Shown in pieces: positions 52,215-61,367 of a stretch of DNA of 64,000 bases (the first letter of the stretch is position 1; every line of letters starts with the position of its first letter). The notes beneath the pieces were generated by a model, which was not told where the DNA came from, searched no databases, and saw only the letters and a list, made by a program, of their open reading frames with translations. The position numbers were made by a program, and so were the translations under genes. Origin of the DNA: a virus; IMG/VR virus record IMGVR_UViG_3300045988_141072, positions 1 through 64,000 of that record. The stretch is one strand, 5' to 3'.

Positions 52215-52304
52215 TGTGGACGAAAATAATATTGAAATGTCCACATCTCGTCCACATAAATTTAAAATGTGGACGAGAAAACAATATTGAAAATGTGGAC
52301 GAGG
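52215..52304 (+). repeat. attP arm-type repeat cluster 2
   Basis: TGTGGACGAAA at 52215-52225, TGTGGACGAGA at 52268-52278 and TGTGGACGAGG at 52294-52304 are forward copies. GTCCACA plus TCTCGTCCACA at 52239-52256 are inverted. The 26-nt units TGTGGACGA..ATATTGAAA.TGT are directly repeated. Confidence 0.65.
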
Positions 52305-52355
52305 TATGTTATACTCCTAATAAAAGGAACATCCGTTCTTGAAAGGAGTATAACT

Positions 52356-53666
52356 ATGGGTGATGTGTTAATTAAAGCAAGAACTCGTAACAGTGGTAAA
52401 GTAGTATATGAATATCGGTTTGAAGTTGCTTCTATAGATGGCAAACGTCAATGGAAGACTAAATCAGGCTTTGCTACAAAAAGAGAAGCTAGAGAAGCTG
52501 GTAAGATAGCACAGCAAGCATATGAACATGTGGGACAAGCTGTTGAACCTTCAGATATGTCATATGCTGATTTCCTAGATATGTGGTTAGAGAAAGACTG
52601 TAAACTCACTTGCAAATCTTCTACGCTTGTAGGATATGAGAAAAAGATTAGATTATATATCAAACCTGAAATCGGCTCATATAAGCTAAAAACTATTACA
52701 AAAGATACATTACAAGATTTCATTACCAAAATGTATGATGAAGGCTACTCAATCAATACAGTGAACTCAGTTAAAGGATTATTAACAAAATCATTTACTT
52801 ATGCTTTAGACAGACATTATATCATATCAACACCTGCAATAAATTTAGTAGTTCCGACAAAGAAACAACCAAAGAAAACTACGAGAAGTAAGAAACACGT
52901 TTATATTCCTCAAGATATTATGCAAAAAATATTTAAAAGATTCCCCGAGGGCTCGTCAGCTTATATCCCTATTATGATTGGTTATCATACAGGATTACGC
53001 TTGGGAGAGATATATGGACTTGTATGGGAAGATATTGATTTTAAGAATAAAACACTCTCAGTTAATAGACAAGTTCAATGGGAAGCAGGCGAAGCAAGAT
53101 CCGAAGAAGAAAAGAAAAAAACTAATGGTACATCTAAATCTAATGGGTATTGGTACTTCTCTAAGCCTAAATATAATTCTTTTAGAGCAATAAATCTTGA
53201 CGATGTAATATTAGAAGCTCTGAAAAAAGAACACGACAAACAGCTAAAAGCAAGAGAATATTTTGATAAATATTACAATCGATATTATAGTGAAAATGAA
53301 ATGACATATGCTAAAACTGATGATATATTACCAATGAATAAAGTATCTCAAGAAAAGTCACCTTATGAAGTTGATTTTATTTGTAGACGAGAAGATGGCT
53401 CATATATCAGTGCAAGAACAACACAACATACGTCCTCTATAATTCATAAACAGTTACATTTTCCTCAGTACGATACACATAGTTTAAGACACACTCATGG
53501 AACAATATTGTACGAAAATGGAGCTAGTTTTATGTATATTAAGGAGAGGTTAGGACATAAAAATCTACAGACAACAATTGAGATATACACAAATCATTAT
53601 ACAGATACAATAAATAAAAATGGCAATATTGTTTTAAATAATGCTTTTAGTAAGGAGAATGTATGA
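52356..53666 (+). CDS. int: tyrosine integrase
   Basis: ATG 52356 follows AAGGAG. N-terminal arm-binding type domain (..VVYEYRFEVASIDGKRQWKTKSGFATKREA..). Catalytic region HSLRHTHGT, LGHKNLQTTIEIYTNH. Confidence 0.95.
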   Translation: MGDVLIKARTRNSGKVVYEYRFEVASIDGKRQWKTKSGFATKREAREAGKIAQQAYEHVGQAVEPSDMSYADFLDMWLEKDCKLTCKSSTLVGYEKKIRLYIKPEIGSYKLKTITKDTLQDFITKMYDEGYSINTVNSVKGLLTKSFTYALDRHYIISTPAINLVVPTKKQPKKTTRSKKHVYIPQDIMQKIFKRFPEGSSAYIPIMIGYHTGLRLGEIYGLVWEDIDFKNKTLSVNRQVQWEAGEARSEEEKKKTNGTSKSNGYWYFSKPKYNSFRAINLDDVILEALKKEHDKQLKAREYFDKYYNRYYSENEMTYAKTDDILPMNKVSQEKSPYEVDFICRREDGSYISARTTQHTSSIIHKQLHFPQYDTHSLRHTHGTILYENGASFMYIKERLGHKNLQTTIEIYTNHYTDTINKNGNIVLNNAFSKENV

Positions 53667-53821
53667 TATATTTGATTAATAATATTCGACAACATGAAAG
53701 ACATTTTTGGAATTGTTTATATGGTATCGCTACACAAGAACAAATTAAAAGAATTTTAGATGGACATAAAGTTACAATATCTGATACCATATATCAAATT
53801 GTAGAACCAGAAAAATCGTAA
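53663..53821 (+). CDS. small hypothetical protein (52 aa)
   Basis: Hand-translated MIYLINNIRQHERHFWNCLYGIATQEQIKRILDGHKVTISDTIYQIVEPEKS*. ATGA overlap with the int stop; SD is AAGGAGAA. Confidence 0.45.
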   Translation: MIYLINNIRQHERHFWNCLYGIATQEQIKRILDGHKVTISDTIYQIVEPEKS

Positions 53822-53826
53822 AAAAT

Positions 53827-53856
53827 AGGGACACCAGAAATTAATCTAGTGTCCCT
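53827..53856. terminator. bidirectional terminator at the convergence point
   Basis: AGGGACAC (53827-53834) pairs with GTGTCCCT (53849-53856). T-runs lie on both sides (TTGTTTTA on +, ATTTTTT on -). Confidence 0.65.
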
Positions 53857-53867
53857 TGTTTTATATC

Positions 53868-54602
53868 CTATTTAACTTTAATAAGTTTTCCCTTTTTAAG
53901 TAATTTGAATAATTTAGTATTCTGCTTTACAGTTCCTAAATATAACCTATTAATACCATTAGCTTTAGCGATTTTAGCTCTATAACGAAAACTATTATTA
54001 ATACCCAAACTATTTAAGGCTTCTGTTAAACTAACTGATTTACCCGTATACTTTTTATAATACTCAACCTTAGTGTTCGTCTTTGATGTTGTAGGTTTAG
54101 CAGTAGAAGAACTAGTAATCTTATTATATACTAAATCACAACTCCATAATATATATTCCCATTTCTGCCATGATACAGGGCGTTTCTGACAACCATAAGC
54201 TGAACCATCTTCAGCAATATAGTAACTGTCTGAACCATCTGATTTCTTACCAACTGAAATTAACACACCAATGTGTCCCTGTTTCCATAACAAACAGCCC
54301 GGCTGTGCTTTTGTAATATCCTTAATGGGTAACGTTTTTGTTGCGGTAGACTTATACTCACTTGAACCCCTGATGATACCCGTAAAGGCTGAAATAAGCC
54401 CAGAACAATCACAAGGATATTTACCAACACATTTTATGTCTGAATTCCAAACCATTGAACCATAGGCGTTTTTAAGCCTATCATAATCAGCATTTGTGCA
54501 TTTCTTATTCCAATTGTAATTCTGCTTGAATCCATATAAATAAGGATTTCCGATTTTAGTTTTTACATACTTTACTAAATCTTTTGCATTTTTCTTAGCC
54601 AT
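53868..54602 (-). CDS. endolysin: NlpC/P60-type cysteine peptidase with C-terminal wall-binding region
   Basis: Catalytic Cys context YPCDCSGLISAF and His context QGHIGVLI. The C-terminal ..LTEALNSLGINNSFRYRAKIAKANGINRLYLGTVKQNTKLFKLLKKGKL resembles a binding module. Confidence 0.8.
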   Translation of the reverse strand: MAKKNAKDLVKYVKTKIGNPYLYGFKQNYNWNKKCTNADYDRLKNAYGSMVWNSDIKCVGKYPCDCSGLISAFTGIIRGSSEYKSTATKTLPIKDITKAQPGCLLWKQGHIGVLISVGKKSDGSDSYYIAEDGSAYGCQKRPVSWQKWEYILWSCDLVYNKITSSSTAKPTTSKTNTKVEYYKKYTGKSVSLTEALNSLGINNSFRYRAKIAKANGINRLYLGTVKQNTKLFKLLKKGKLIKVK

Positions 54603-54636
54603 TAATTTTTCCTCCTTTTTACACTTACAAAATAAA

Positions 54637-54661
54637 AGAGAGCAGTATATGACTGCTCTCT
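54637..54661 (-). terminator. intrinsic terminator between the tail-fibre operon and the lysin gene
   Basis: AGAGAGCAGT (54637-54646) pairs with ACTGCTCTCT (54652-54661). On the - strand, TTTTATTTT follows. Confidence 0.65.
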
Positions 54662-54681
54662 AAGTTAGTTAATATTTAATT

Positions 54682-56133
54682 TTAAATGCTTCTTATCCCT
54701 TGAATAGCACTTGCTATAATACCTCCTAAAATATTATGTCCTTCTTGTAACGGATGGGTTTTATAATTATCAAAATAACTTGATTGGCTTTGGATGTGCG
54801 GATTGAGTCCGCTGATGCTGTATAAATCAATTATTGGTATTGAATAATAATCACAAACTTCTTTAATTATATTTCCATAATCTTTAAGGGTTAAACCATG
54901 GTTATTTTTACTTTCTATTGATGTATAAGGACTTTGACAACGTTTTATAGGAGTACAAAATATTATTTGTTTTCCTTTATATTTTTCTAACAAAGCTAAA
55001 CATGTATTATGTAATGCACCATAAAATGTATTATTCGTTCTATCGATCATTGTTCCTATTTCAGTCCAATTATATTGAAAATCATTTGTTCCACCTGCGT
55101 AAATAATTAAATCTCCATCTGACATAAGTTTAATTCTTTCACTTAGAGGTGTTCTGGAATCTCCAATTTTAGCAGCTATCCATTTATTATTTTCACTATC
55201 ATATTTATATGTATTATAAGATTGACCAATTATAATATCATAAATTTTTGAAGTGTCTTTAGTGGCATTATTAAATTCAGTTCCATTAGCAAAACATCCA
55301 CCATAATCTTCTTTACATGCGAACGTACTTCCACCAATGGAATAATTAATTAATTTCATTCCTAATTTTTCTGCAACAATATTTGGATAAGGCTTATCAA
55401 CATTACCCTGCATTGTTTGTCCATGTGGGATGCTATCACCTGTAAATATAAGTGTTTTATCCTTCCAATAACTACTAACATCCATATTATCAATTTCTTC
55501 TTTATTATACATTAATTTCTTATTAACAATTACTTTTTCATCAGTTTTAATATTTTTAACAATTGAAATTAATTCAGTGGCTTTATTAACGTTAATTGTA
55601 TTTGACCATACTCTTATATATTTTATTGTATCACTTGATTCTATAGTTACAGAATCTGTTTGATATTTAGATGTTTGACCACCTGAAAGTTCTTTATTTG
55701 AATTATAAAGACAATATGCAAATCCAACTGATGATGTTAGTGCAGAAATTGTAATAGGATTATCATCAATTTCAATATAGTCTCTAGTTCTTATTCTGGT
55801 ACTTGTATCGTTATTTTCTCCCTTTTCATTTAAAGCTCCAAATTCCCAAGTGGGATTTAGTGTAATATCTCCATTAACAAGTTCTTTCATACTAAGTGAA
55901 CCAGTTTTAAAAAAATTTAAAAGAATATTATTAGCAACAGCGTTTGTGCTATCCTCATCAAATACGCTTTCAATAGAAATATTGCTATTATTTAGTTTTT
56001 CTTCAATTATTTCTTCTGTTTTATTAGATGAATATACATTTTTATCTGATTTAGCAGTATCATTAATGATAGGGAAAGTATATTTACATGTACTCCACAA
56101 TTGAGAAATAATTTTTTTTAATTCCAAATTCAT
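54682..56133 (-). CDS. tail-associated protein with C-terminal SGNH/GDSL hydrolase domain
   Basis: SGNH blocks LIFTGDSIPHG, GGSTFA, IYAGGTNDF and HPLQEGHN. ATG 56133 follows AGGTGG. Confidence 0.7.
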   Translation of the reverse strand: MNLELKKIISQLWSTCKYTFPIINDTAKSDKNVYSSNKTEEIIEEKLNNSNISIESVFDEDSTNAVANNILLNFFKTGSLSMKELVNGDITLNPTWEFGALNEKGENNDTSTRIRTRDYIEIDDNPITISALTSSVGFAYCLYNSNKELSGGQTSKYQTDSVTIESSDTIKYIRVWSNTINVNKATELISIVKNIKTDEKVIVNKKLMYNKEEIDNMDVSSYWKDKTLIFTGDSIPHGQTMQGNVDKPYPNIVAEKLGMKLINYSIGGSTFACKEDYGGCFANGTEFNNATKDTSKIYDIIIGQSYNTYKYDSENNKWIAAKIGDSRTPLSERIKLMSDGDLIIYAGGTNDFQYNWTEIGTMIDRTNNTFYGALHNTCLALLEKYKGKQIIFCTPIKRCQSPYTSIESKNNHGLTLKDYGNIIKEVCDYYSIPIIDLYSISGLNPHIQSQSSYFDNYKTHPLQEGHNILGGIIASAIQGIRSI

Positions 56134-56151
56134 AATTAACACCACCTATTA

Positions 56152-56340
56152 CTAAACATCTTCAATATCTTCACCAATTACTATATCTGTTTCTTCATAA
56201 ATTCTCTCTTCAGAAAATTCTATAGGGTCGTACGCTTCGTCATATAGAACATTTTCACGTTTGATTTTCATTCCTTTATCGGAATATGTGTGAATAAATT
56301 CTTTTCCGTTGGTTATTTTGTTTTCAACAATTATCATCAT
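56152..56340 (-). CDS. small hypothetical protein
   Basis: ORF track; SD is GGAGGTGG; overlaps the upstream stop. Confidence 0.55.
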   Translation of the reverse strand: MMIIVENKITNGKEFIHTYSDKGMKIKRENVLYDEAYDPIEFSEERIYEETDIVIGEDIEDV

Positions 56341-57227
56341 TCCACCTCCGTTGTTATTGTAGTGCTTATATAATCGTGTAATAATTTATCATCTGCTAAT
56401 TCTATTCCATCTGAATATAAATGTTCTATCTGATAAGTATTCTTATATTGAAGAACGGTAGTATCTTTTGGAATTTCAAATTCTATAGAATCAACCAATA
56501 TAAACATCATATCTTTATTGCACCAATACATATCCTCATATATTGTTCCTTCTAATTTGATTATTCGGTCAGCAATCGTTACCCAATTGGTTGCTTTTTT
56601 ATATGATTCAAGTAAAGACTCTGGTACATAAAGATAGCCGTATTTTGGGAAAATACTTGGGAGTAATGATATAGAGCTTATTGAATTTACTCCAGAGGTT
56701 CTTCGATATATTAATGTCTTTAAATTATTGCAACCAGAAAAAGGTTGAAAACTTAATGTTATTGTATTAATATCTATTAACTCTAATTTTCCACAGTTTT
56801 GAAACGTTGATGAAGCACTGCTGGAGACAAACAAGGGTAATATGACCTTTTTCAACATAGTACAATTATAAAAAGTACTTGTTCCATTCATCGACCCTGA
56901 TTTCAATATTTCTATTTTTTCAAGGTTTAAGTCTGAACTAAAACACTGAGTTGCAATATTTGTACAGTTAGGAATATCAATTTTAGTCAATTTACTACAA
57001 CTGCAAAATGCATAACTTCTTAATTCTGTTAAACTTTCGCTTTTAAATTCAGTAAGATTGCCAGTTAATAATCCTTCTAACTCCACATTATCTCTAACAT
57101 CATTAACTTTATCTACCAAGGTAGATAAATTATCATCATCAGATACGTCAACCTTTCTGCTGATTAGAATATTTTTTAACTTATTTCTTAGATTTACTAA
57201 GGATTCTATTTCCCATATACTAGTCAT
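56337..57227 (-). CDS. BspA-type leucine-rich-repeat protein
   Basis: Repeats of the form ..L..I.IP..CT.I....F..C..L.. (SYAFCSCSKLTKIDIPNCTNIATQCF, STFYNCTMLKKVILP, STFQNCGKLELIDI, QPFSGCNNLKTLIY). ATG 57227 follows GGAGGTGGAGA. Confidence 0.7.
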   Translation of the reverse strand: MTSIWEIESLVNLRNKLKNILISRKVDVSDDDNLSTLVDKVNDVRDNVELEGLLTGNLTEFKSESLTELRSYAFCSCSKLTKIDIPNCTNIATQCFSSDLNLEKIEILKSGSMNGTSTFYNCTMLKKVILPLFVSSSASSTFQNCGKLELIDINTITLSFQPFSGCNNLKTLIYRRTSGVNSISSISLLPSIFPKYGYLYVPESLLESYKKATNWVTIADRIIKLEGTIYEDMYWCNKDMMFILVDSIEFEIPKDTTVLQYKNTYQIEHLYSDGIELADDKLLHDYISTTITTEVE

Positions 57228-58320
57228 TGTCTCCACCTCCATTCACATAATTGTCAACCAAGCTATTAACAAGTTCGTCTTGGGTCATAATAGGAGAAGT
57301 AGAATTTAATATTTCATTTAATTCATCTTGTGTAACAAACATAAACTCTAATTCATTTTTGATTTTATTAATTGAGTAAGTTTTGTTTGTCGATGATTCT
57401 AGAGTATCGTCAATTGTTAAAAAAGAAATATCCTCCTTATCTTGCTCAGTTAAAACATAATCCTTTCCATCAGAACCCTTTTCTCCTTGTTTTCCCGGCT
57501 CACCTTTAAGTGATTCAAGCCATTCAATATATGTACCTGTAAACTCAGGATAAGCTTGTTGATATAATTCAAATGCCGATTTACCATCAGCACCAGTATC
57601 ACCTTTTTCTCCATCAAAGTAGTCAACATTTTTTACAGGAGTATAACCATCCTTGCCAATTTTTCCATTAAAGACATCAAAAGATTTTTCTCCTTCTTTA
57701 TCTTGAATTACAACCTTGTGTCCATTTTCAATATCAGTTATTGAAACAGTGGGAGAATAACCATCTTCACCATTTTCCCCTTTTTCACCTTGAATACCCT
57801 GTTCGCCTTGTTTTCCGTCAAAATCACCGTTGTTTGCACGTTCTTCAATAGATTTAGCTGTATCTAAAGCTTCTTTACTTCTTAATAGTATCTCAGCAAT
57901 TAAATCTTTTTGTTCTTCTGTAGTGTTGTGGTTACCAGATGGATGTTCGTTTATATGAATAATAGCGGTAGAGGTTTTTAAAACAACATCGTTGTCATCG
58001 TTAGAATTGTTAGTGAATGTAAGATATAATATAATTTCGCCAGAAACAGAAGTGAAACGTTCATCTATATTAATTTGATACACTAATAATTCTTTATATA
58101 AATAATCTTGTAAACAATCGTTAATTAAAAGATTATTTTCATTTCCATCAGGCATAATATATGTCAACGCACAATCACATTCACTTAAGTTAATTCCACC
58201 ATAGGTCTGTGGAATCAATATCTCTAAATAGTCAACATTCTTTTCGCCCTTAAAAACTCTAACATGATTGCAAGCACCAAGGACTTTAGAATTTGCTCTA
58301 AAAATTAATTGTTCGTTCAT
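57220..58320 (-). CDS. tail fibre/baseplate protein with collagen-like G-X-Y repeats
   Basis: GKQGEQGIQGEKGENGEDG, GEKGDTGADGKS and GEPGKQGEKGSDGKD. ATG 58320 follows AAGGAGA. Confidence 0.65.
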   Translation of the reverse strand: MNEQLIFRANSKVLGACNHVRVFKGEKNVDYLEILIPQTYGGINLSECDCALTYIMPDGNENNLLINDCLQDYLYKELLVYQINIDERFTSVSGEIILYLTFTNNSNDDNDVVLKTSTAIIHINEHPSGNHNTTEEQKDLIAEILLRSKEALDTAKSIEERANNGDFDGKQGEQGIQGEKGENGEDGYSPTVSITDIENGHKVVIQDKEGEKSFDVFNGKIGKDGYTPVKNVDYFDGEKGDTGADGKSAFELYQQAYPEFTGTYIEWLESLKGEPGKQGEKGSDGKDYVLTEQDKEDISFLTIDDTLESSTNKTYSINKIKNELEFMFVTQDELNEILNSTSPIMTQDELVNSLVDNYVNGGGDND

Positions 58321-58370
58321 TTTCATTCTCCTTAAAATAAAAGGAGTGAGACTAGCCCACTCCCTCAAAA

Positions 58371-61355
58371 TTATTCAGTTACAGTAAGCGTCATAGCATC
58401 TGACAACGCCCAACTACCATTACCGTCTGTTACAAGGCATCTATACTGCCTTCCATTGTAATTTGTGCCAGGAATAGCAAAGCTAAGAGCAGAAGTATTA
58501 TATCCAGTAACAGTTGTATTGCTCCATGTTGTTCCTGTGCTAGATACCTGCCATTGATATGTTAATTTGTTACTCTTACTTGATTTTGCTACAACCGAGA
58601 TATTTATTGTGTCACCAACCTTAGCTGAAACATCCTGTGGTTGAGAGGTAATCGTAACATCAGGAACACCATTAAGTGTAAGTGTCGCTGAATTTGATGC
58701 TAAAGTATTTCCACTTACATCAGTAATTACACATCTGAACATTCTTCCATTATAATCTGCATTTGGAATAGCAAAATTAATGAATTTACTTGTATTTCCA
58801 TTTACAGAAGTATTTCCCCAAGTCATGCCACCATCTTTACTTAATTGCCACTGATACGTTAAAGTATCACCCTCTGCTATAACACTAAATGAAACAGAGT
58901 TTCCAACTGCTGAGTCTACATCTATTGGCTGAGTTGTGATTTTAATTGGACTTGTATTAATTACAGTGAGTTTTGCTGCGTTTGAAATAACTGTATCTCC
59001 AAATAATGTGTCTGTAACAACACATCTGTACAATCTTCCATTAAGCACCGTTCCAACAGGTGAAACAGTTAATATCGGTGTTTTGTTTCCATCTAAGCCA
59101 GTATCACCCCAATTTGCACCATTAGATGAACTTACTTGCCATTGATATGAAAGATTATTTCCTTCGGCAACAACCGTAAATATAGCAGAATCGCCAATTG
59201 CGACAGAAACGTCTGTTGGTTGTTTTGTAATCTTTAATGTGGTAGTGCTTAATTCACTTAACCACAAAGGAATATCTTTTAATTTACTCCATACAAACTC
59301 ACCAAGATTTTTACCAGCAAGAGCAGTATGATGTATATTATCAATATTATACTTATCGGACGCAATCATTCTTGCATATCCAAGTCCTGCCTCTTCACCC
59401 ATGGCTATGTATGGAACACTATTAATAGCACATACCTCTTTAATAGCTTTCCATTGGTCATATTTTGTATGATTATCACTAGCAAAAGTTTTTTCAGGTG
59501 TAAACTCAACTGTTTTATCACCAGATTTATAACGACTATTTGTTGAAGAAATAACAACTATTTGTGCGTTTGTATTCTTCTGAAGATATCTAATGCATTG
59601 ATTCAACGCACCACAAAATGTATTATCGCCTGTATCATAAATAGTTCCAAGAATAGCAGAAGTGTCGTTTGCACCGACTTCCAATGTGATTAAGTCAGCA
59701 GAAGTCTTTCCATCTGTGGTGTTCATCACAGCATCTTTAATTAATGTGTTAGCGCATATACCACCACCAGATTTACCTTTGTTTGTTAATGTTAATCCAC
59801 TCAAATCTCTAACTGTTTTACAATACTGCCCAACATTGTCAATATCTGTTAAACTTGTACCATAAGCATACCATTTTTTATTTTTCCAATGATTATTATC
59901 TATATTATTAGAATTTCCGGCAATTTCAATCCATTCATCATTAAGATAATACATTAAACATTTTAAATCTGTATCATAATATGTTTGTCCCTGATTAGCT
60001 GCATAACTTTCTCTTAATTTAGTTGTTCCTGATAATGCATGAATTGAGTTTCTTACCTTAAAATTCTTTCCATTTCCTTTTTCAAAAAATGGAATATTTA
60101 CTACATTAGTAGCCGAATCATCCATAACAGTAAATGAAATATCGCCACTAAACATTCCATTTTTAGATTCTTTTGCAAGATTACCTAGCACCCCACCAGG
60201 AGTGGCAGAAGCATATCTTTCAATACAAAAATCAATTAAATTAATTCGCTGTGTTCCAGTATTTGAATGAAAATACGGGAGATTCACGTCTCTTTCATCA
60301 CAACAGTTAATTAATGTAATAGCATGATTAAATGCTCTCTGATATGTGTAATTGCCGAAAGTATAACCATATACATTTTTTATTGCCGAACAGTTATTCA
60401 TAACAACGTGTTCGCCGCCAACCTGAAAAGCTTCATAGAATCCAGAACAACCACAAGAATTAAAGTTATTTTCCTGTCCGTTATTACTTCCATTAAGCAT
60501 TCTAATACCGATACAGCCTTTAACTGCTTTAGTTAAACTAGCATTTGTGTTTGTATATGCAATACACTTAATTCTATCCAATCTGGCTCTTCCAAAGTTA
60601 AATAAATCAATACACACAACAGGTTTTTGATTAGTAGCAAGCCTAACTTCAAATTCTGTTAAATGAATTACATTATTTGGACTATTGGTAGAAGGAAGAG
60701 CAGAAATTACTTCATACTGTTTTAATGTATCAATACTATTTAACACATCCTGTGAAACAAAAAGTCTTGTACCATATATAGAAGAACTATCTTTTTCGCC
60801 CGTCATCTGACTCTGACCAACGATGTCAATTGTATATCTCTTATCACCTGATGGTAGAGTTATTGCTCTATATATTCCATCTGATGATAATGTAAAACTT
60901 CCAATATTGAATATACCAGAAGATAACTTAACTGTTCCACCACCCAATGCGTATAATTCATCAATAGCTTTCTGTATGATTTTTTCATCGTTTGTTCCGG
61001 TACAAACGTAATCAGCATACCGCTTTTCGTATATGTTAGAATTAGAAGCTGCAATGTAAAGAGTATTATCTTTATATTTTGTTAATATGTTTTTGACACA
61101 AGATAAAGATAATTCATTACCTAAATAGTCTTCAAATTTATAACTATATCCTTCGGTATCTTTATATCTAACAAAATAAACCCTATCTTTAATTCGGTTT
61201 TTTATAGGTTCATTCCCATCTATGACTATAATTCCTTTTGGGATTTTTTTTATTAAATTGGCAAAATCCTTCAAATAATATTTTTCGGATTCGCCTAATT
61301 GTTCACGGATGGAATTAGCAGAATCAGTTAAAAAATTTAAAACATCTTCGTTCAT
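58371..61355 (-). CDS. large tail fibre/receptor-binding protein: beta-helix (pectate-lyase-like) + SGNH esterase + three Ig-like repeats
   Basis: N-terminal ..TGTNDEKIIQKAIDELYALGGGTVKLSSGIFNI.. is tailspike beta-helix-like. SGNH-like blocks are WYAYGTSLTD, LEVGANDT and NIHHTA. There are three C-terminal repeats of about 96 aa. Confidence 0.7.
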   Translation of the reverse strand: MNEDVLNFLTDSANSIREQLGESEKYYLKDFANLIKKIPKGIIVIDGNEPIKNRIKDRVYFVRYKDTEGYSYKFEDYLGNELSLSCVKNILTKYKDNTLYIAASNSNIYEKRYADYVCTGTNDEKIIQKAIDELYALGGGTVKLSSGIFNIGSFTLSSDGIYRAITLPSGDKRYTIDIVGQSQMTGEKDSSSIYGTRLFVSQDVLNSIDTLKQYEVISALPSTNSPNNVIHLTEFEVRLATNQKPVVCIDLFNFGRARLDRIKCIAYTNTNASLTKAVKGCIGIRMLNGSNNGQENNFNSCGCSGFYEAFQVGGEHVVMNNCSAIKNVYGYTFGNYTYQRAFNHAITLINCCDERDVNLPYFHSNTGTQRINLIDFCIERYASATPGGVLGNLAKESKNGMFSGDISFTVMDDSATNVVNIPFFEKGNGKNFKVRNSIHALSGTTKLRESYAANQGQTYYDTDLKCLMYYLNDEWIEIAGNSNNIDNNHWKNKKWYAYGTSLTDIDNVGQYCKTVRDLSGLTLTNKGKSGGGICANTLIKDAVMNTTDGKTSADLITLEVGANDTSAILGTIYDTGDNTFCGALNQCIRYLQKNTNAQIVVISSTNSRYKSGDKTVEFTPEKTFASDNHTKYDQWKAIKEVCAINSVPYIAMGEEAGLGYARMIASDKYNIDNIHHTALAGKNLGEFVWSKLKDIPLWLSELSTTTLKITKQPTDVSVAIGDSAIFTVVAEGNNLSYQWQVSSSNGANWGDTGLDGNKTPILTVSPVGTVLNGRLYRCVVTDTLFGDTVISNAAKLTVINTSPIKITTQPIDVDSAVGNSVSFSVIAEGDTLTYQWQLSKDGGMTWGNTSVNGNTSKFINFAIPNADYNGRMFRCVITDVSGNTLASNSATLTLNGVPDVTITSQPQDVSAKVGDTINISVVAKSSKSNKLTYQWQVSSTGTTWSNTTVTGYNTSALSFAIPGTNYNGRQYRCLVTDGNGSWALSDAMTLTVTE
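58374..59240 (-). repeat. three tandem Ig-like domain repeats (coding)
   Basis: Units at 58374-58661, 58662-58949 and 58950-59240 each read I/V-T-x-QP-x-DV..G....F.V.A.....L.YQWQ.S...G..W......G......L.......NGR.YRCV.TD.......S..A.LT. Confidence 0.75.
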
Positions 61356-61367
61356 TTGTTCCTCCTT

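Noticed and set aside
51894-52304. Possible CRISPR-like array of TGTGGACGAG repeats
   Set aside because: The repeats are only about 11 nt, occur in both orientations with irregular spacing, and sit between xis and int. That fits integrase arm sites, not a CRISPR array.
52269-52355. Long N-terminal extension of the integrase ORF (track start 52269)
   Set aside because: The extension runs through the arm-type repeats. ATG 52356 has a proper SD, and the protein then begins like other phage integrases.
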